DNA of 64,000 nt, taken from the NCBI GenBank assembly GCA_037447605.1, contig CM074816.1, positions 1,950,525 through 2,014,524 on the forward strand, given 5' to 3'. Made by a program: the position numbers and the translations under genes. Source of the stretch: Zygnema circumcarinatum SAG 698-1b (Eukaryota > Plantae > Zygnematophyceae). Below, piece after piece: positions 10,201 to 22,689 of this stretch. Within the stretch, counting starts at the first letter, position 1. The number at the start of each line of letters is the position of its first letter. The notes beneath the pieces are model-generated. The model ran no database searches. It saw nothing but the letters and a program-made list of their open reading frames with translations, and had not been told where the DNA came from.

Positions 10201-12499
10201 CCTTTCGATAGCGCGATTCCTGGGCCACCATAGCTTTAAGGCACAAATTCATGTCGATGCTGCTGTGAAGGACGAATATCTGTAGTCGCTGCCTGCACCC
10301 TTGAAGCAGTGTCCATTGATTTTCCAAACATCGATAAGTCGGTAAAAAAATAAGAATGCTCTTGCTTAAATCCGTCTCTGATGAGTGAATATAGAGAACC
10401 AGATCCCGAACAAGTTTGTGTGATTCCTGGTCAATTTTCGCATTGCTCAAAGGAGATGGAGAAGCTTCCTTTCTGTTGAAATTCTCCACAACTTCTATGT
10501 GGCTCCGTTGTTGACCAAGTTCACCAACGGCCTGTCACATGAGTGAAATGAATAAGGACTCTTTGTACAAGCTTCACAGACATCAAAGGAGACACACAGA
10601 GAGAGAGGTAGAGGGAGGCAAGAAGCTCAACAAAGCATAAAGTTCTCAAGGGATCAAGGTTTATCACCTACATTACTTTCTCCCTTCTCACCTGCTCTAT
10701 GTATTTGACTCGTGTGTCGAACAGCTGTTTCCTTAAAAACACGTTCGGGTCCGCAATTGCAATCCGCTGCACTTTTTCGCCCTGCCCGAGCTCACTGAAG
10801 TAAGTTGAATAACGCTGAAAGTCTGCTGTAGCGGACATCAACACCAATCTGCAGGTGAAAGCAGAGATCGCTGCGATGGATATTAGGATGAAGGGAAGAG
10901 AGAGGGATTTGGAAAGAATGGGAGGAGAGATAGAGGGAAATGATGGGAACAGGGTGGGGGAGAATGGACAGTCTGGTTGAGGAAGGGAGCAAAGGGAGGC
11001 GGGTAAGGGGGGAAAGTAGGGAGTAAGAGAAAGGGCGCATAGACAAGATGGAAAGGGAACCCTAACCTTGGACCTGACCTGGCCTTCAATTGCAGCTGAC
11101 ATCCACATTTGTCAAGGAACATTAAGCAATTCGAAAAAAGATAAGATCGACTATGAGCAAAAGGGAGTGACGAGGGAGGTATGAAGGCGGAAAGAAAATA
11201 GGGACAGGGAGAGTCAGAGAGCAAGGGACCATAAAAGAGACGGTGAACGAAAGAGAGAGGGAGAGGGAGAGGCGGAGAGGGAGGGGAAGAGAGAGAGGAG
11301 GGGTGCGGGGATAGGCGAGATACCGTAGGACCTCTGAGCCTGCACATGCCACCTGCTTCCTGTCCTGAATTTTAAACTAAAAATCCAAAAGTAGACTCAC
11401 CGAGCATTGACGGAGCGGAGAAGAAGCTGCTTTGCACAGGCGAGGACCAGGTCGCTCTCAATGCTGCGTTCATGCACTTCGTCGAGCACTATGACTCGGT
11501 ATCGGCTGAACACTTTTTCTCCATTGGCACGCAACTCCTCAAGCAGAATGCCCGCAGTAGCAAACACTATTCTTGACCTGAGTGTCATTCCATTTTGAGT
11601 CCACTCAAATCATTCAGTCCCATAAGCTTATGCATAAGCAATATACAAATAACTAGCCCCTTGAGGGTCAAGAATTTGAGAGTTTGGACGGGCGACCATG
11701 CCGAGAAACACAACTTATCATGTTTAAAAACTGCTTCCCCTAGCAAAACCCCACGCCTGTGGTAGAAAAATCAGACGTAACCCATTTGGCCGAGTTCACA
11801 AGGTTCACCGATATGAATTCCCCTTACGACGAACTAACCGACACAGCTTCTGATTTTCCGTACTCTCATTATCACCTCCTTCATACACATCACTTTGTCC
11901 ATTATCATATTAACATCAAGCTCTGCGGTAGCATAGAATCGTAAGCTGCATTTTCTAAAGAAAACGATACTGATAACAAGAATTTCTAGTGGATTGACAA
12001 CGATTTTCAACGGTGCACGGGAAGCAAGTCGCTCAGATTAAGCATACTTTGACGTCGAGAGATTCTTCTGGCCTATATGGTACCCAACATCTTCCCCCAA
12101 GGTGGTCTGCCTTTCTTGCGCCACTCTCTGAGAGACAGCCACCACAGCAAGTCTTCGGGGTTGCGTGCAAAGAATGGGGCCCAAACCTCCTTCTTCGAGT
12201 ATTTGGGGCACTTGAGAGCTTTTGCCTGCAACAAATCAAGATAAGGACCAGAAAGCAATTACGGAATCAGCACCTGAACAAAGTGTCCCTTCACGCTTCG
12301 TTCCTCTACGTCAAGAGACAGAAAAGAGCATGCCAGGTATGCTCATTAGTAATGAGAGGATTACTCCTATAACAATGTACTTCGGAACCTGTTTTGTACC
12401 TGATCCAGTTTCCCCATATATGAGTGTCACCGGATTTCCTTGAACCTTCTCCAATATTTGATCCTTGAATCTTCGAACCGGCAGAGTCCGGCCATCCAT
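4260..12499 (-). CDS. DExH8: DExH-box RNA helicase DExH8-like with 2 CCCH zinc fingers and a C-terminal DUF2431/BMT5-like Rossmann domain (multi-exon)
   Basis: Motifs in order are GETGSG|KSSQVPQ, CTQPRRLAVVAV, VLDEVHERS, LMSATAD, IFLPTY, LATNIAESSVT, QRKGRTGRTCDG, EWCRRHHLLQS, CIFYQNGSCFRGESCHFVH, CRFF..GCRNGDRCVFLH, ILLLGEGDFSFS and VERMARNAFFFL..RPLSYTF. The layout matches plant DExH8/C3H31 as I recall it. The start codon at 12499 is tentative. Confidence 0.88.
7140..7630. repeat. Intronic minisatellite of ~15-30 bp units with core CTCTCACCTGTCTCCC (~16 copies), including a ~135-bp higher-order duplication
   Basis: The core is directly visible repeated. The segment ~7150-7285 is nearly duplicated at ~7286-7420. 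Confidence 0.9.
8993..9179 (-). pseudogene. Fragment of a bacterial ABC-transporter ATPase domain inserted in a DExH8 intron (8779-9222)
   Basis: The AT-rich stretch reads IDLSFVRGQINDLQGENGFGKSTIINLVTALYQPQQGEIIINEKYLVSKINLSF(TGA)SGKIAYS. It has Walker A GENGFGKST followed by the typical Y-x-P-x-x-G-E-I-x-I-N and KIAY segments. Confidence 0.75.
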
Positions 12500-12787
12500 T
12501 CGGACGAGCTACTGCTGCTTGACGCTCTGCGAGAAATGATGAAAGTTTACCAAATTGAGAGAGAGAGAGAGCGAGAGAGGGAGAGAGGCACAGGGAGAGA
12601 GCGAGAGAGAAACTATTTAGTGAAACAGGTATGGAATTCACCCAAACGAAAGGTTAGAGACGAGAGCAGAATGAAGTGAACAGGACAGCATGGGAGAAGA
12701 GTCTCAAACGACACAGAGCGAGGCTCCATGATGCAGTTTGGCGTCGCGGGCGACGCGATTACGCGTTCCATCATGGCCATTTGGTGG

Positions 12788-13070
12788 TGACGTGGCGATG
12801 ACGTGGATGCCACGTTGTAATTTGTTGGAGAGATTTCACATAACATCTCCAATAGATAAGTGCCACGTGGATAAAACAGGATCAGTCGCGATGCCAAGGG
12901 TGGTGTTGTGGCCACGCTGGCGCCCAGTGGGCGACCGCGGTGACCGCCGGTCGAGGTCGCAGCTTGCAGACGGGCAGACGGCCTACCGCCGCGGCCCTCC
13001 GCCGTCGGCAACGACGGAAACGGTAGCTGGGCTAGACCACGTGGGCCCTTGGAAAAAAGTTCCACGTGAC
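12788..13070. promoter_or_regulatory. G-box/ABRE-like (ACGTG) motif cluster upstream of DExH8
   Basis: GACGTGG occurs twice, with GCCACGTT and with CACGTG near 12864, 13040 and 13063. Confidence 0.45.
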
Positions 13071-13267
13071 GACGGCTGGTTGGAGCGCGGGTCATTAGGG
13101 GGGGGGGGCACGCTCTTTTTTTTCGTAGACTAGAGAGAAAGAGAGGGAGGGCGAGTGTCAAAGAGAGAGAGGGGAAAGAACAAGAGTGCAAGAGAGCAAG
13201 AGAGCGAGAGAGCGATAGAGGGAAGGAGGGAGAGAGAGAGGGGGGGAGAAGGGGGAGGGGGAGGGGG

Positions 13268-13277
13268 NNNNNNNNNN
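13268..13277. other. Assembly gap (10 N) within a GA-rich tract
   Basis: Run of N in the sequence. Confidence 0.99.
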
Positions 13278-13904
13278 GGGAGGGGGCGATGGGGAGGGGG
13301 AGGGGGAGAGGGCGAGGCGGAGGGGGAGGGGGAGAGAGAGTGAGAGTGAGGGAGAAAAAGGGAGAGAGAGGGAGAGGGAGAGGGAGAGGGAGAGGGAGAG
13401 AGAAATGCCGATGAGTGCAGTGTTCAGAGCAGATCGCACACACACGTGCCCTGTGCGAGAGGCTGCGTGTGTTCACGGCTTGAATGATCCAGTGTGCTTT
13501 CGGCAGGTTCAACCCAATGCAGAAAACCGCACAGATGATTCCACATGACTGAAGAATAATTTCCGTTTATGGCGGCTTTATATTGATCCACTTAGACTTG
13601 TTGAGCTGGAGAACAAAACATGAATGTGAAAGAACCAAGCGCTACCAGGTACAACGTAGGGATCATGCTATCCTCGCAGCTTGACAAGAAGACTACCCTG
13701 ATTCTATCCTTCCTAACCTCTAGCTGCAACAAAATTATCGCTGTATGTACATACACCAGCATGAATGCTGTAAAGCCGCTCGTCTACGTGGAAAAAGAAT
13801 GGAACGGAAACATCGCGATTGAAAACCTAGGTTCTTCTAACTCATCTAAAGTCTGCATTACTGGCCACATCACGTGAATGGCTTAAATGACTGTACTGGG
13901 AGCT

Positions 13905-16900
13905 TCACTCGTCAACAGGCTTGGGAGCTACGGGGGGCACAATAAGAAATGGCCGCATCATCTCAAAGTCCTCATGTTCGGCGATGTGGCAGTGCCACAC
14001 ATATCCCGGCTCCGCGGAAGGGTCGAATGGGAAGGGCTGACCGTTCTGCACATGAAGCCGAGAGGACCGAGTCAACAGAATTCCCCAAGAAAAGCGTTGC
14101 TGGATAACAATGAAATGATAAGTTCACTGAAAATTTTGAGTTCCTTTTCAGTAACTTCAACAAATAAGGATGCCCGGAGGAGCTCACCTGACTGGTCAAT
14201 TTGAACATGATCTGGGCGACATCGTTCACTTCAGCTGCAAAAGTGTCCTTCCAGCCGAGCTCGGCGATGTGGGGCCCACGCTTTTCACCCGTATAGCAGC
14301 TCGGCTTCGACGAGTCTGTGAACGAGCAGGTGCCGTTCTGGTACATGCCGATGTCGTACTGCTGGCGGCTGATGACACGGAATTTGACGGCGTGCAGGTG
14401 AATCGTGTGAATCTGTGGCGTCTCGTTGATCAAATACCACACCTCACTGGATTCCTGCATCGAGTCAAGATCACGAACATCTTAAGAGGCAGAACAAAAA
14501 CTGTTCACAAATTGCAGCCACATACAATGAAGCTGATTGACTCCGTGGAGAGGTGTAGACTTAAGCAAGCCATGAGGTCCAGACTATACCCGAGTAACGA
14601 TCTCAGTGGCAGCCTCAGCCCAGTGCCTTCCTCCAAGAAGGTGAACTCGGTCCATGAAGAGTGGCGTTTCAATGAGGGGCAACCAACGCACAATATCAGC
14701 ATTAGCAGGGTCCATTACTGGCAATTCTGCCAGAGTTTCTGGCAAGTCTTCTGAAGGAATGGGAGCCTCCGCCACTCTCAGCTTCATGACCACTCCCAAG
14801 TTGGTGTCGACTGGCAGCCCATACTCGTTCAGTTCCAACTGCCCGAAATTGACAATGTACACATCAGCAGGGCCAACACTCCCCTCCACATCAAAGTCCA
14901 CTACGACTTCAATCCTTTCTGCGGGAGCAATTCCGATGGATGAAAGTGCCACAGGGTGCTCGATGTAGCCGGCATCCGTCGCAATCTGGTAAGCCATCAA
15001 GCGTTCGCCGTTGGGCAGAGAAAAGTTGAGACCAGTCCCCGCGGATGGCACACTCTGGTTGACGTAAAGGAAGGTGAGATTCAAGCGTCGCAGCCCATCG
15101 CTGTTAAGGATTCGGAAACGGTACTTTGTCCTTTGCACGTCAAGATAAGGCCACGCCTGCGCAAATGCAGAACGAGTGTGAGAGTCATTAAGCTTCAAAG
15201 CGGTTTGACTTCACGTCAACAAAGAAAAGGATGATTTTGATCAGAGAGGTACGTACCACATTGTTAGTGGTGGTAACTTCACGGAACGAAGTAACGACGG
15301 AGTCCTCATCCTCGATGACGTGCAGCGATCCATCCTCAAGAAGCACCTTGTTCAAGATGTTGAGGGGGATGTCAAACTCTCCCTGTGGGAGTGCATAGCC
15401 TCCGTTTGGCAGCTTAAAGCGAGCCTCGTCGCCTGCCGGATCCGTGACAAAGTAGAATCCAGCCAAACCTGCACCCCTCCCTCCATGCCTCGCCCTCAGC
15501 CCATGCCCTCCTGCATACTCTGTTGCAACCATGGCCGCCATAGAACATAGAAAGGGAAGGAGGGAGGTGGGGAGTGCGCGCTGACCGAAGTAGGTGCTGA
15601 GCTGCGTGAGGCCCATGGTGTGGTCGTGCAGCCATAGGGTGGCGGGCAGCTGCGCGTTGTGGTATTTGTACAGACTCTTCACGAAGGTGCTGCCCTTCTC
15701 GCCCTTTGCTGTAAACCACGCCTCCGGATGGCCGTCGGATTCCGGCTCCGTCTCCCCTCCATGGAGATGCATCACTGCATACGACGCAACCATGATTTCG
15801 TGAGTAGGCAGGTATTACCTGTTTTCTAAGCGTATTCCACTATTTCAGCAAAGTTTAAGGTAAGCGAAGCTAATGAAGAGTGAAAAACGGACAAGGTCGA
15901 TTGTCCTAGTCTATACGAGGTGCATACGACTTGCTGTTCAAAAACATGAAGCTCGTTTGGAAAACGAATTGGTGCGTACCAACTGGAATGCCGCCATTCA
16001 CTGGCAAGACAGAGACTGGCGTGTAGACGGAGCGCACGTATGACTCGTCTGTGAGATAGTTCTCCCACTGAATGTATGTGGGAGTGCCGCGGGTTGCAAT
16101 CACTGTAGGCCCCGGAGTACTGGCCGTCGCCTCAGTTTCACCATAGCCGTAAAGGACTGTTGCCGGCAAGTCCCGATGAATTTTCTGCAGACGGAAACTT
16201 ACTGAGTGTAAGCTGACGACGAAATGATGTGCAGACCGAACTAAACGGCAGGAGGCACCGATCCCGCATGCATGCACTCAATTACCATGTCTCGCCTCCT
16301 TACAGCTTCATGTAAATTCATGCAAACTTTGGCTCAATTGGCAGCTTGGAGTGAGCGTGTACCCCTACCTCATACACTTTGTAGAATCCCAACGTTATGG
16401 GCTCTCCAGTGGAGCCATCGATGGTAGCCGGAATGAACAAGGGCGTCACGAACTTGCAGAGGTCGGGGAAGACGCTGACGCAGCTGTCGTCAGAGGCGAC
16501 CTCGTCTCCAGCGACATAGCCAGCTGCTGATGCCGAGCCTGCCAGGCAGGAAGGCGGCTCGTGTCAGGTGGACGGACATGTAAGGGGCATTTTCAGTCAG
16601 TCGGCCATGGCTTCAGGGAAGCTTCAGCTTCAAGCAGAGTGAAAGGAGCAGAGGAAAGGGCAGGAGAGCGTACTCGCAATGACGGTTGGCTCATCCATGG
16701 CGACCAGACGGTGGCGGGTGCTTGTGCCTCTGTTTGACAAGGCTGCGAACATCTTCGCGTCCTCGCTCCTTCTTCCGGGATCCCTCGCGGCCACCACCCC
16801 CACGCTGAAGAGCGCAACCAATACGAAGGCGGCGCATGTAACCTGCGGAGAGAGGGTGCGAGCGGTGAGGGAGGGAAGGAAGTAGACGAAGACATGTGCG

Positions 16901-17002
16901 CACCCGCACGCTCACAACGCTTGCGCTTCCTGCAATCGATGCTTCGAGCTCACAGCATTTGAGAAAGGGAGAAGGCAGATGGAAGGCTTCTCTGACCTTC
17001 AT
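13905..17002 (-). CDS. Secreted three-domain multicopper oxidase, CotA/bilirubin oxidase/LPR-like (MCO-a), multi-exon
   Basis: A 6-nt coding first exon (ATGAAG) gives the signal peptide MK|VTCAAFVLVALFSVGVVAA. Family motifs are IHRDLPAT, MHLHGG, WLHDH, AWPYLDVQRTKYRFRILN, HTIHLH, GWKDT and YVWHCHIAEHEDFEMMRP. All copper ligands are present. The stop is TGA at 13905-13907. Confidence 0.92.
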
Positions 17003-18971
17003 AGCGACTCTGTTGAGTCTCACAGTCGCACTGATTGGACGCGTTACGGCCTCCATGGTCACGTTACTCTCACAAGCTTCTGCAATTACACCCGCCAATC
17101 CCACTCGCCCATTAGCCCGGAAACACCCGGCGCAGCTTATCTCCTCGCCAGCTGCTTCGCTCCTTGAACGTGTGCTTGCCAGCACGGGGAAGAGCCCGCA
17201 GCTGTGCTTACCCAGAAGCTGCCTTCACCGCTCCCGCTTGTTGCCCCTCTCCCTGCCTTTGCTCTCTCCCTCTCTCTCCCACTCTCTCTCAATCTCTCAC
17301 TCTCTCTCTCTCTCACTCGCTCTCACTCACACTCTCTCTCTTTCTCTCTTATCACTCTCTCGGTGCGAGGCTCGACACTGCGTATACGCCGCACTGGCCG
17401 GCTCTAATAAAAGCCCAGCGCCCGACGCCACGTCGCCGCCTCCGTGGACAGTGCTCGCCGAATCTTCGGCGGCCGGCCCGCCACGGGGGCGACTTTCTGC
17501 TAGATGATATTGCACATGCGATGGGGCTGTCCCATTGGACCGCCGGCGCCCCACCTCTCTCCGCGCGCCACGCTGCCTCCGACACCCTCCGTCGGCGCAG
17601 CCCGCGGCCGCGCCGTACGGCGAGGACGTGGGACGATCGGGGCGCGCGACCGACAGCGGTGTACGATCTGTACGGTTCGGGCGTGCGTCGACTCGTTTGG
17701 GGACTTGGCCGCAAGTACGGACGGGGCGGCCGATAAGGGCCGGTGTCGTGGTTCACCACGTTGGCTTTTGTCGGCGGCCCTTAGGGCGTGGCAGTTTGCA
17801 GCCAGGGAAGATTTGGCATTGATAGTACGACGACGACGACGACGACGACGACGCCATGAAATAGACATGGGCAAAGACAACACCATGGAGGTCGCGAACC
17901 GCTTAGGGACGCAACTTAGGCCTAGCAACAACAACAACAACAACAACAACAACATGCGGCTCAAGCAGCAGCAGGACGCAGCCCTCCCTCCCTCCCTCCC
18001 TGGCTGGCTGGGCCCGACCGCGGGCCCCGCCGACCTATCTGGCGCTCGGCTCCACGTCTTCGGGCGGGCCCAACCTCGGAGGTTTCGGGACCAATCCTGT
18101 GCTGCCATATAGGCGTACGGCAGAGAGTCGCCGTACGGATGGCCTATCCAAGATTCCAAGCGCAGGTGTCGGCGGCTGCACGGTTCGGAGCTGTTTCGCG
18201 GAAGCTTCCTTGGAACAATTTGACCAGAAGTTGTTGTTCGGAAGATGTGAATGGCGCGGTGAGACCTTGAATGGGCTGTTGTTGAACACGAGGGTGGACC
18301 GATGGATGGCGTGTGCGAACAATAGGGTGGGGGTCGACCGCTCCATGGCGGCCATCACTCGCTGCGAATGCATTGGTTGTGTTGTGTGCCACACTCACCC
18401 AGAGGGCATGGAAGCATTTCAGTGTTGTGCGAGCGCGCTTCCAAAAGCACTGCAGAAAGCGATCCATGCCTTTTTCTTTTTGAAAGAGAAAGTAGCTTTC
18501 TATTTTAAGGATGCTGCAGTTAAAAGTACATCGCCTGTTGCAAACAGGACTTTGAAAAATTGCTATGCGGTTGAACTATCGGAGCTTGCATGCGGTCTGC
18601 TTGAAAAGATTAATGAAGCGTTGACTTTTGCCACGCAGTAACAGACCTCGAGTGAATGCTATGTACGCATCTACCAGCAATGCTACACTTGATGGAAGAA
18701 GGAATTGTCTGCGATCAAAACCGCTGTTCGTTTGCGCATCAGTCAACCACTTCCCATCTCCTCCTTGCTATCATTTACACAATTCGATGGAGCCGACCGA
18801 GTGGACGGGAAATGACAGGCGGAAGCTTAGTCCTTCCACTCCCTCCTTCACCAGGACAATGCAATAGAAGGAGGCTAAGCGGCAGTTCCCGCCGCTCAGA
18901 ACTTTTGCTGATGTTGGGAGCTTCCAGTTCCCCCCCGGCAGATCAAAACAGACTATGGAAGGCTCAGCAGC

Positions 18972-21900
18972 TCATGCGGCTGCCGCATCGCTAGTGGTTC
19001 CCAGTGCGGAAAGTCTCGCCTTTTGGAGGATGGCGCAGCGCGAGTGAAGGTCGACCACAGCAGTTCCGGTGAAGTCCACATTCAGAAATGTTCCAAGCTG
19101 AGACTGGTTGTGCCATTGCGTCCATGGCATCCCGTTCTGCCATCTTGGAACGCCGGTAGCCGCCATGCTCGTCCAAGCCGTAATGCTGTGAGTCGACACT
19201 ATCACCTCCTTCTGCAGAGGGAGGAAAACGGCAACAACAGCAGCTGATCGTGGCATGAGCCCTCACCATCCTTGGCAACAGAGATTTCTTCTAGAACCCT
19301 TTAGGGGGGGCTGTGAAAAGCTGCGGATAACTTGCCTCTGTGAAGTTGCATGTTCCTTCAGGGGGATTGATGTGTGTTACAATGCCGAGAGTGGGCATAA
19401 GGTCGACGGAGTGGTATGCCCCCATGTACTGCCAGTCGGTCGGGCAAGTCGGGGTCACATCCCACTGATAAAGGTACGAGGGAGAGCTTGCCGCATTGCC
19501 GGCTCTGGTTTGCAGCCGTTCGAGGATCGGGCACTTGAAAAAGATGTCCGTCCAAAGGTCACCGAGCTGTGCGGAAAGTGGAGAGGAGAGAACTGGGCAG
19601 AAGAATGCAGCACAGTGAGGGAAGGGTCAAACCGCAGCAATGCATCACACATTGGGTTTTTATCAAGGAAGTGAGGTCCCTTATGCGACATCCCAACCCC
19701 TTAACCTTGAAAAGAGGGAGGGTGCCAAAGGAGGATACCTGAATACTTTTCGATGGGGTACAGGGCTCTGATAGGTGCAGACTGAACTCCCGGGTATATT
19801 TCATCGACCAGGCTGTCGAAGGTGGATTCTTCGATAGTCAGAGACTGCACGAAGAAGTTTCCTTCATTTGTCGAAAATCCGACCATGTAAGGGACTGCAA
19901 ACACCAAACCAGCATGTGAGACTCTACCCAACAGGTCTAATAAAAAACCCACTTCATAGAATCGAGGGCTCCTAGCAATGTGGAAGCCCTCCAGGTCACG
20001 AGCCTTCAGGATAAAGCCTCATTCTGTGCCCTCACATAGAGTACAAGAAAAGGAAAGCACACCTTGCGCGAATTCGCCCTTCTGATGTGCAGCGACTACG
20101 TGTTCCGGCAGCACCTCGCCGTCCACCACCACTTGGAAGGTTGGACTCCAGCTCACGCTTTCACACATCGCGTATTCAAGGCCGATGGCAGCCACCATGT
20201 CTGTGGTCGCTGTGTACAATGTAGACCACGGGAGACTGCGGAGACACTCCAGTTCCGCAGCCGGATAAGAAGAATTGGCGCAGCCGACCAGCTCCAATAG
20301 CGTGGAGGAGACTTTGTATGCCTGCAGGTGAGGAGACGAGGGTGCAGTCAGAATCAGTATGACCAGTGCGCTTCCATTAGCCGACAACTCGTGTTGCACA
20401 ACAAGGACGAGACTTATTGCATTACAAGCACTCTAGGTCCATTTCACGATTGGCTACGCCTTGCTAGGGCAGTAGGAGTGTGATTCGAATCTTGACTTCC
20501 AGCACCCACCTGAGACAGGGTGAGCTGACGGACACAAGGTGGACTCTGACTGATGGCGGAACTGAAGAGACCCCATGAGCCGGGCGCCACCATGTGGAGG
20601 TCCACATATTGCGCGCCTGCATGGAAAGGCGACTTTGCCATAAGGGCTCCATCTCAAGACAAGGGACTTTGTAAAAACAACTTATAGCTGCAACTGCAGC
20701 TGCTTTTAGCAGTTATGTACTTTTCCCGGAATGGCATCCCCCTGTCTGATCTCAAGGAGCTTCATCTTTAGCATCCAGGAGCTACGACAGGTGCGCTCTT
20801 GAAACTGACTTCACGCTAAACAAACAAAAAAATCATGACCAAAGAGCGAAGGCAATCCATGGCTGCTTGAAAGAGCCATGAGCGACTCCAACATTTTGAC
20901 AACGAGGTGCAAAAACTGAGTGATGAAAGTCTAAGGCCGGAGGAACGGAAAGGACGGAAGTATCGTGCCTTGAGAGTGTCCGTTAAGGAGGACTTTGTTG
21001 CGATCTCCTCCAAAGAAGGCGATGTGGTCGCGCACCCATTCGAGTGCGAGCTGCTGGTCGAGGATCGCTGCGGGCAAAGAAGGAAGAACGGAAGAAAGGG
21101 GTCAGCCGGACCTCTCGTGATAAAACGCATCAGACAGCCTGCTAGAAAGAGTTCAGAAAATAACTCACCCCAGTTGCCAGTGGTGTTGGACTCTGACCAC
21201 GTGGCGGGATGAGCGAGCAGCCCAAACGGTCCCTTGCGGTACTGCGAATTACACCCAAAAGTGTGAGATATAATCGCTGAAAGGGGTGGATCGTGGTGGG
21301 AGGAGGGATCCACCGTGGGTAGCCTCAGAAATTGCTGTGCTTACCTGAATGTTCACTTGGATGGCCCCCATCTTTGCAGCATAATCGCAGCCATCAACGA
21401 ACGGGTCCGAAGCGCAGCAGTCGAGATCGTGCCCGCCATGGATGTAAACCCGCACAGGCACTTTAGCGCCCGGCAGGAAGGCCTGGGAGGGGACCCATAG
21501 GTTGAGGTACAGACAGTCCTGCGTAGGGGAGTGCCAAATAACCTCAGCGAGCTGCTTGCTTCCGCTACCTTCAAGTCTCAAAGTTGAACATTTAAGATGC
21601 AAGTCCCCCTACTCAATGAAGGATCTGCATTCCAAGCTGTCAGCATACGGAGGGGAAAATGCCCCGTCGCTCCCTTTTGCTCCCCCCGTCTCCCGTCCCC
21701 CTATATTCCGCTTTCCCTCCGCCTTCCTCCTTCCCCATTCAACTCTCCCACCGCCCATTTTCGTCCCCTCCAACCTTTCCCTTTCTATCCCTCCCTTCCC
21801 TCCAAACCTCCACCCCTCACTCACTTTCCCTTTCCCTCCCCTCCTCCACCCCAGCTTTCCTTTTCCCTTACTATTCACAGATTCCTTTCTTTCCCCCCAC

Positions 21901-22689
21901 CCTCTCCCTCACATTTCTTGCCACCCCCCACCTCTATCCTTCCCACATTCCAGTCACTTATCAGCCTCCCCTCCCCCTCTTCTCCTCCGTGCCCAGCCTC
22001 CGCCCTTCCTGCATCTCCGCGAAACTCCCGCTATCATTGCCCTTCCCTTCCCTCACCCCTTCCCTCCCCTCCCCAACTTCCCTTCCTCCGTTACCCTTCC
22101 TTCTTTCTCTCCCTTTCTACCATCACCTTCCTATCTCTTGCCATTGCTCCCTTTCCTTTCCTCCAACCCCGCCTTCTCCATTCGCCCCTCCCTTCCAATT
22201 CCTTTTCTCTCGTTCCAATTCTCCCCATAACACGGCTAGTTTGATAACTTTATGCCCTCTGATATGAGGGTGAAAACAATTTGAGGACGGAAGTACTCTC
22301 CGCGCAGCACGCACCTCAGAACTGAAGTCGGTCCCAATGTAGTCGCCCACCTTCGCACAGTATGACCCACAGGGAGGAGGGTTGACAGTCGCCTGCAGCG
22401 CAGGGGAAGGGTACGGCTGGTCGTACATCTCAGGCCGCCGGAAACGCGAACTCCCTGTCACGGGCTTTGCAAACGGAACCCCGAGGTAGCGAGTCACCTC
22501 CGGATATAAGTCGCATGAGACCCCATCGATATTCCCCAGCGGAAGAGCGATTCTCCTGGAGGCCGCAGAGCTCGTCTCCTCTGTCGCACTTCCGCGTGGC
22601 GGCAAGACAGCCAGAACCACTGCCGCAAGGCAGAGAAGCAGCAGGCGTGCCGGAGCTTTCCCCTCGTTACGATGGAGTGGTGGCGCCAT
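18972..22689 (-). CDS. Secreted type-B carboxylesterase (COesterase family), CE1, multi-exon
   Basis: There is a signal peptide, then YLGVPFA..RFRRP, SE|DCLYLNLWVP, VYIHGG, NIQ|YRKGPFGLL, GNWG|ILDQQLALEWVRDHIAFFGGD and the elbow GHSQG. The acid is Glu in STNEG and the His is in GAYHSVDL. Confidence 0.92.
21660..22230. repeat. Low-complexity CT-rich intronic tract (CE1 intron 1)
   Basis: Base composition is directly visible. Confidence 0.85.

Noticed and set aside
13905-17002. Naming the oxidases LPR1/LPR2 orthologues
   Set aside because: The family is clear, but the acidic triad is missing and orthology needs a tree, so no gene symbol was assigned.
18099-18641. 180-aa plus-strand ORF between MCO-a and CE1
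   Set aside because: It has no recognisable motif or splice structure and lies in a GC-rich intergenic region with (GAC)n and (AAC)n microsatellites.
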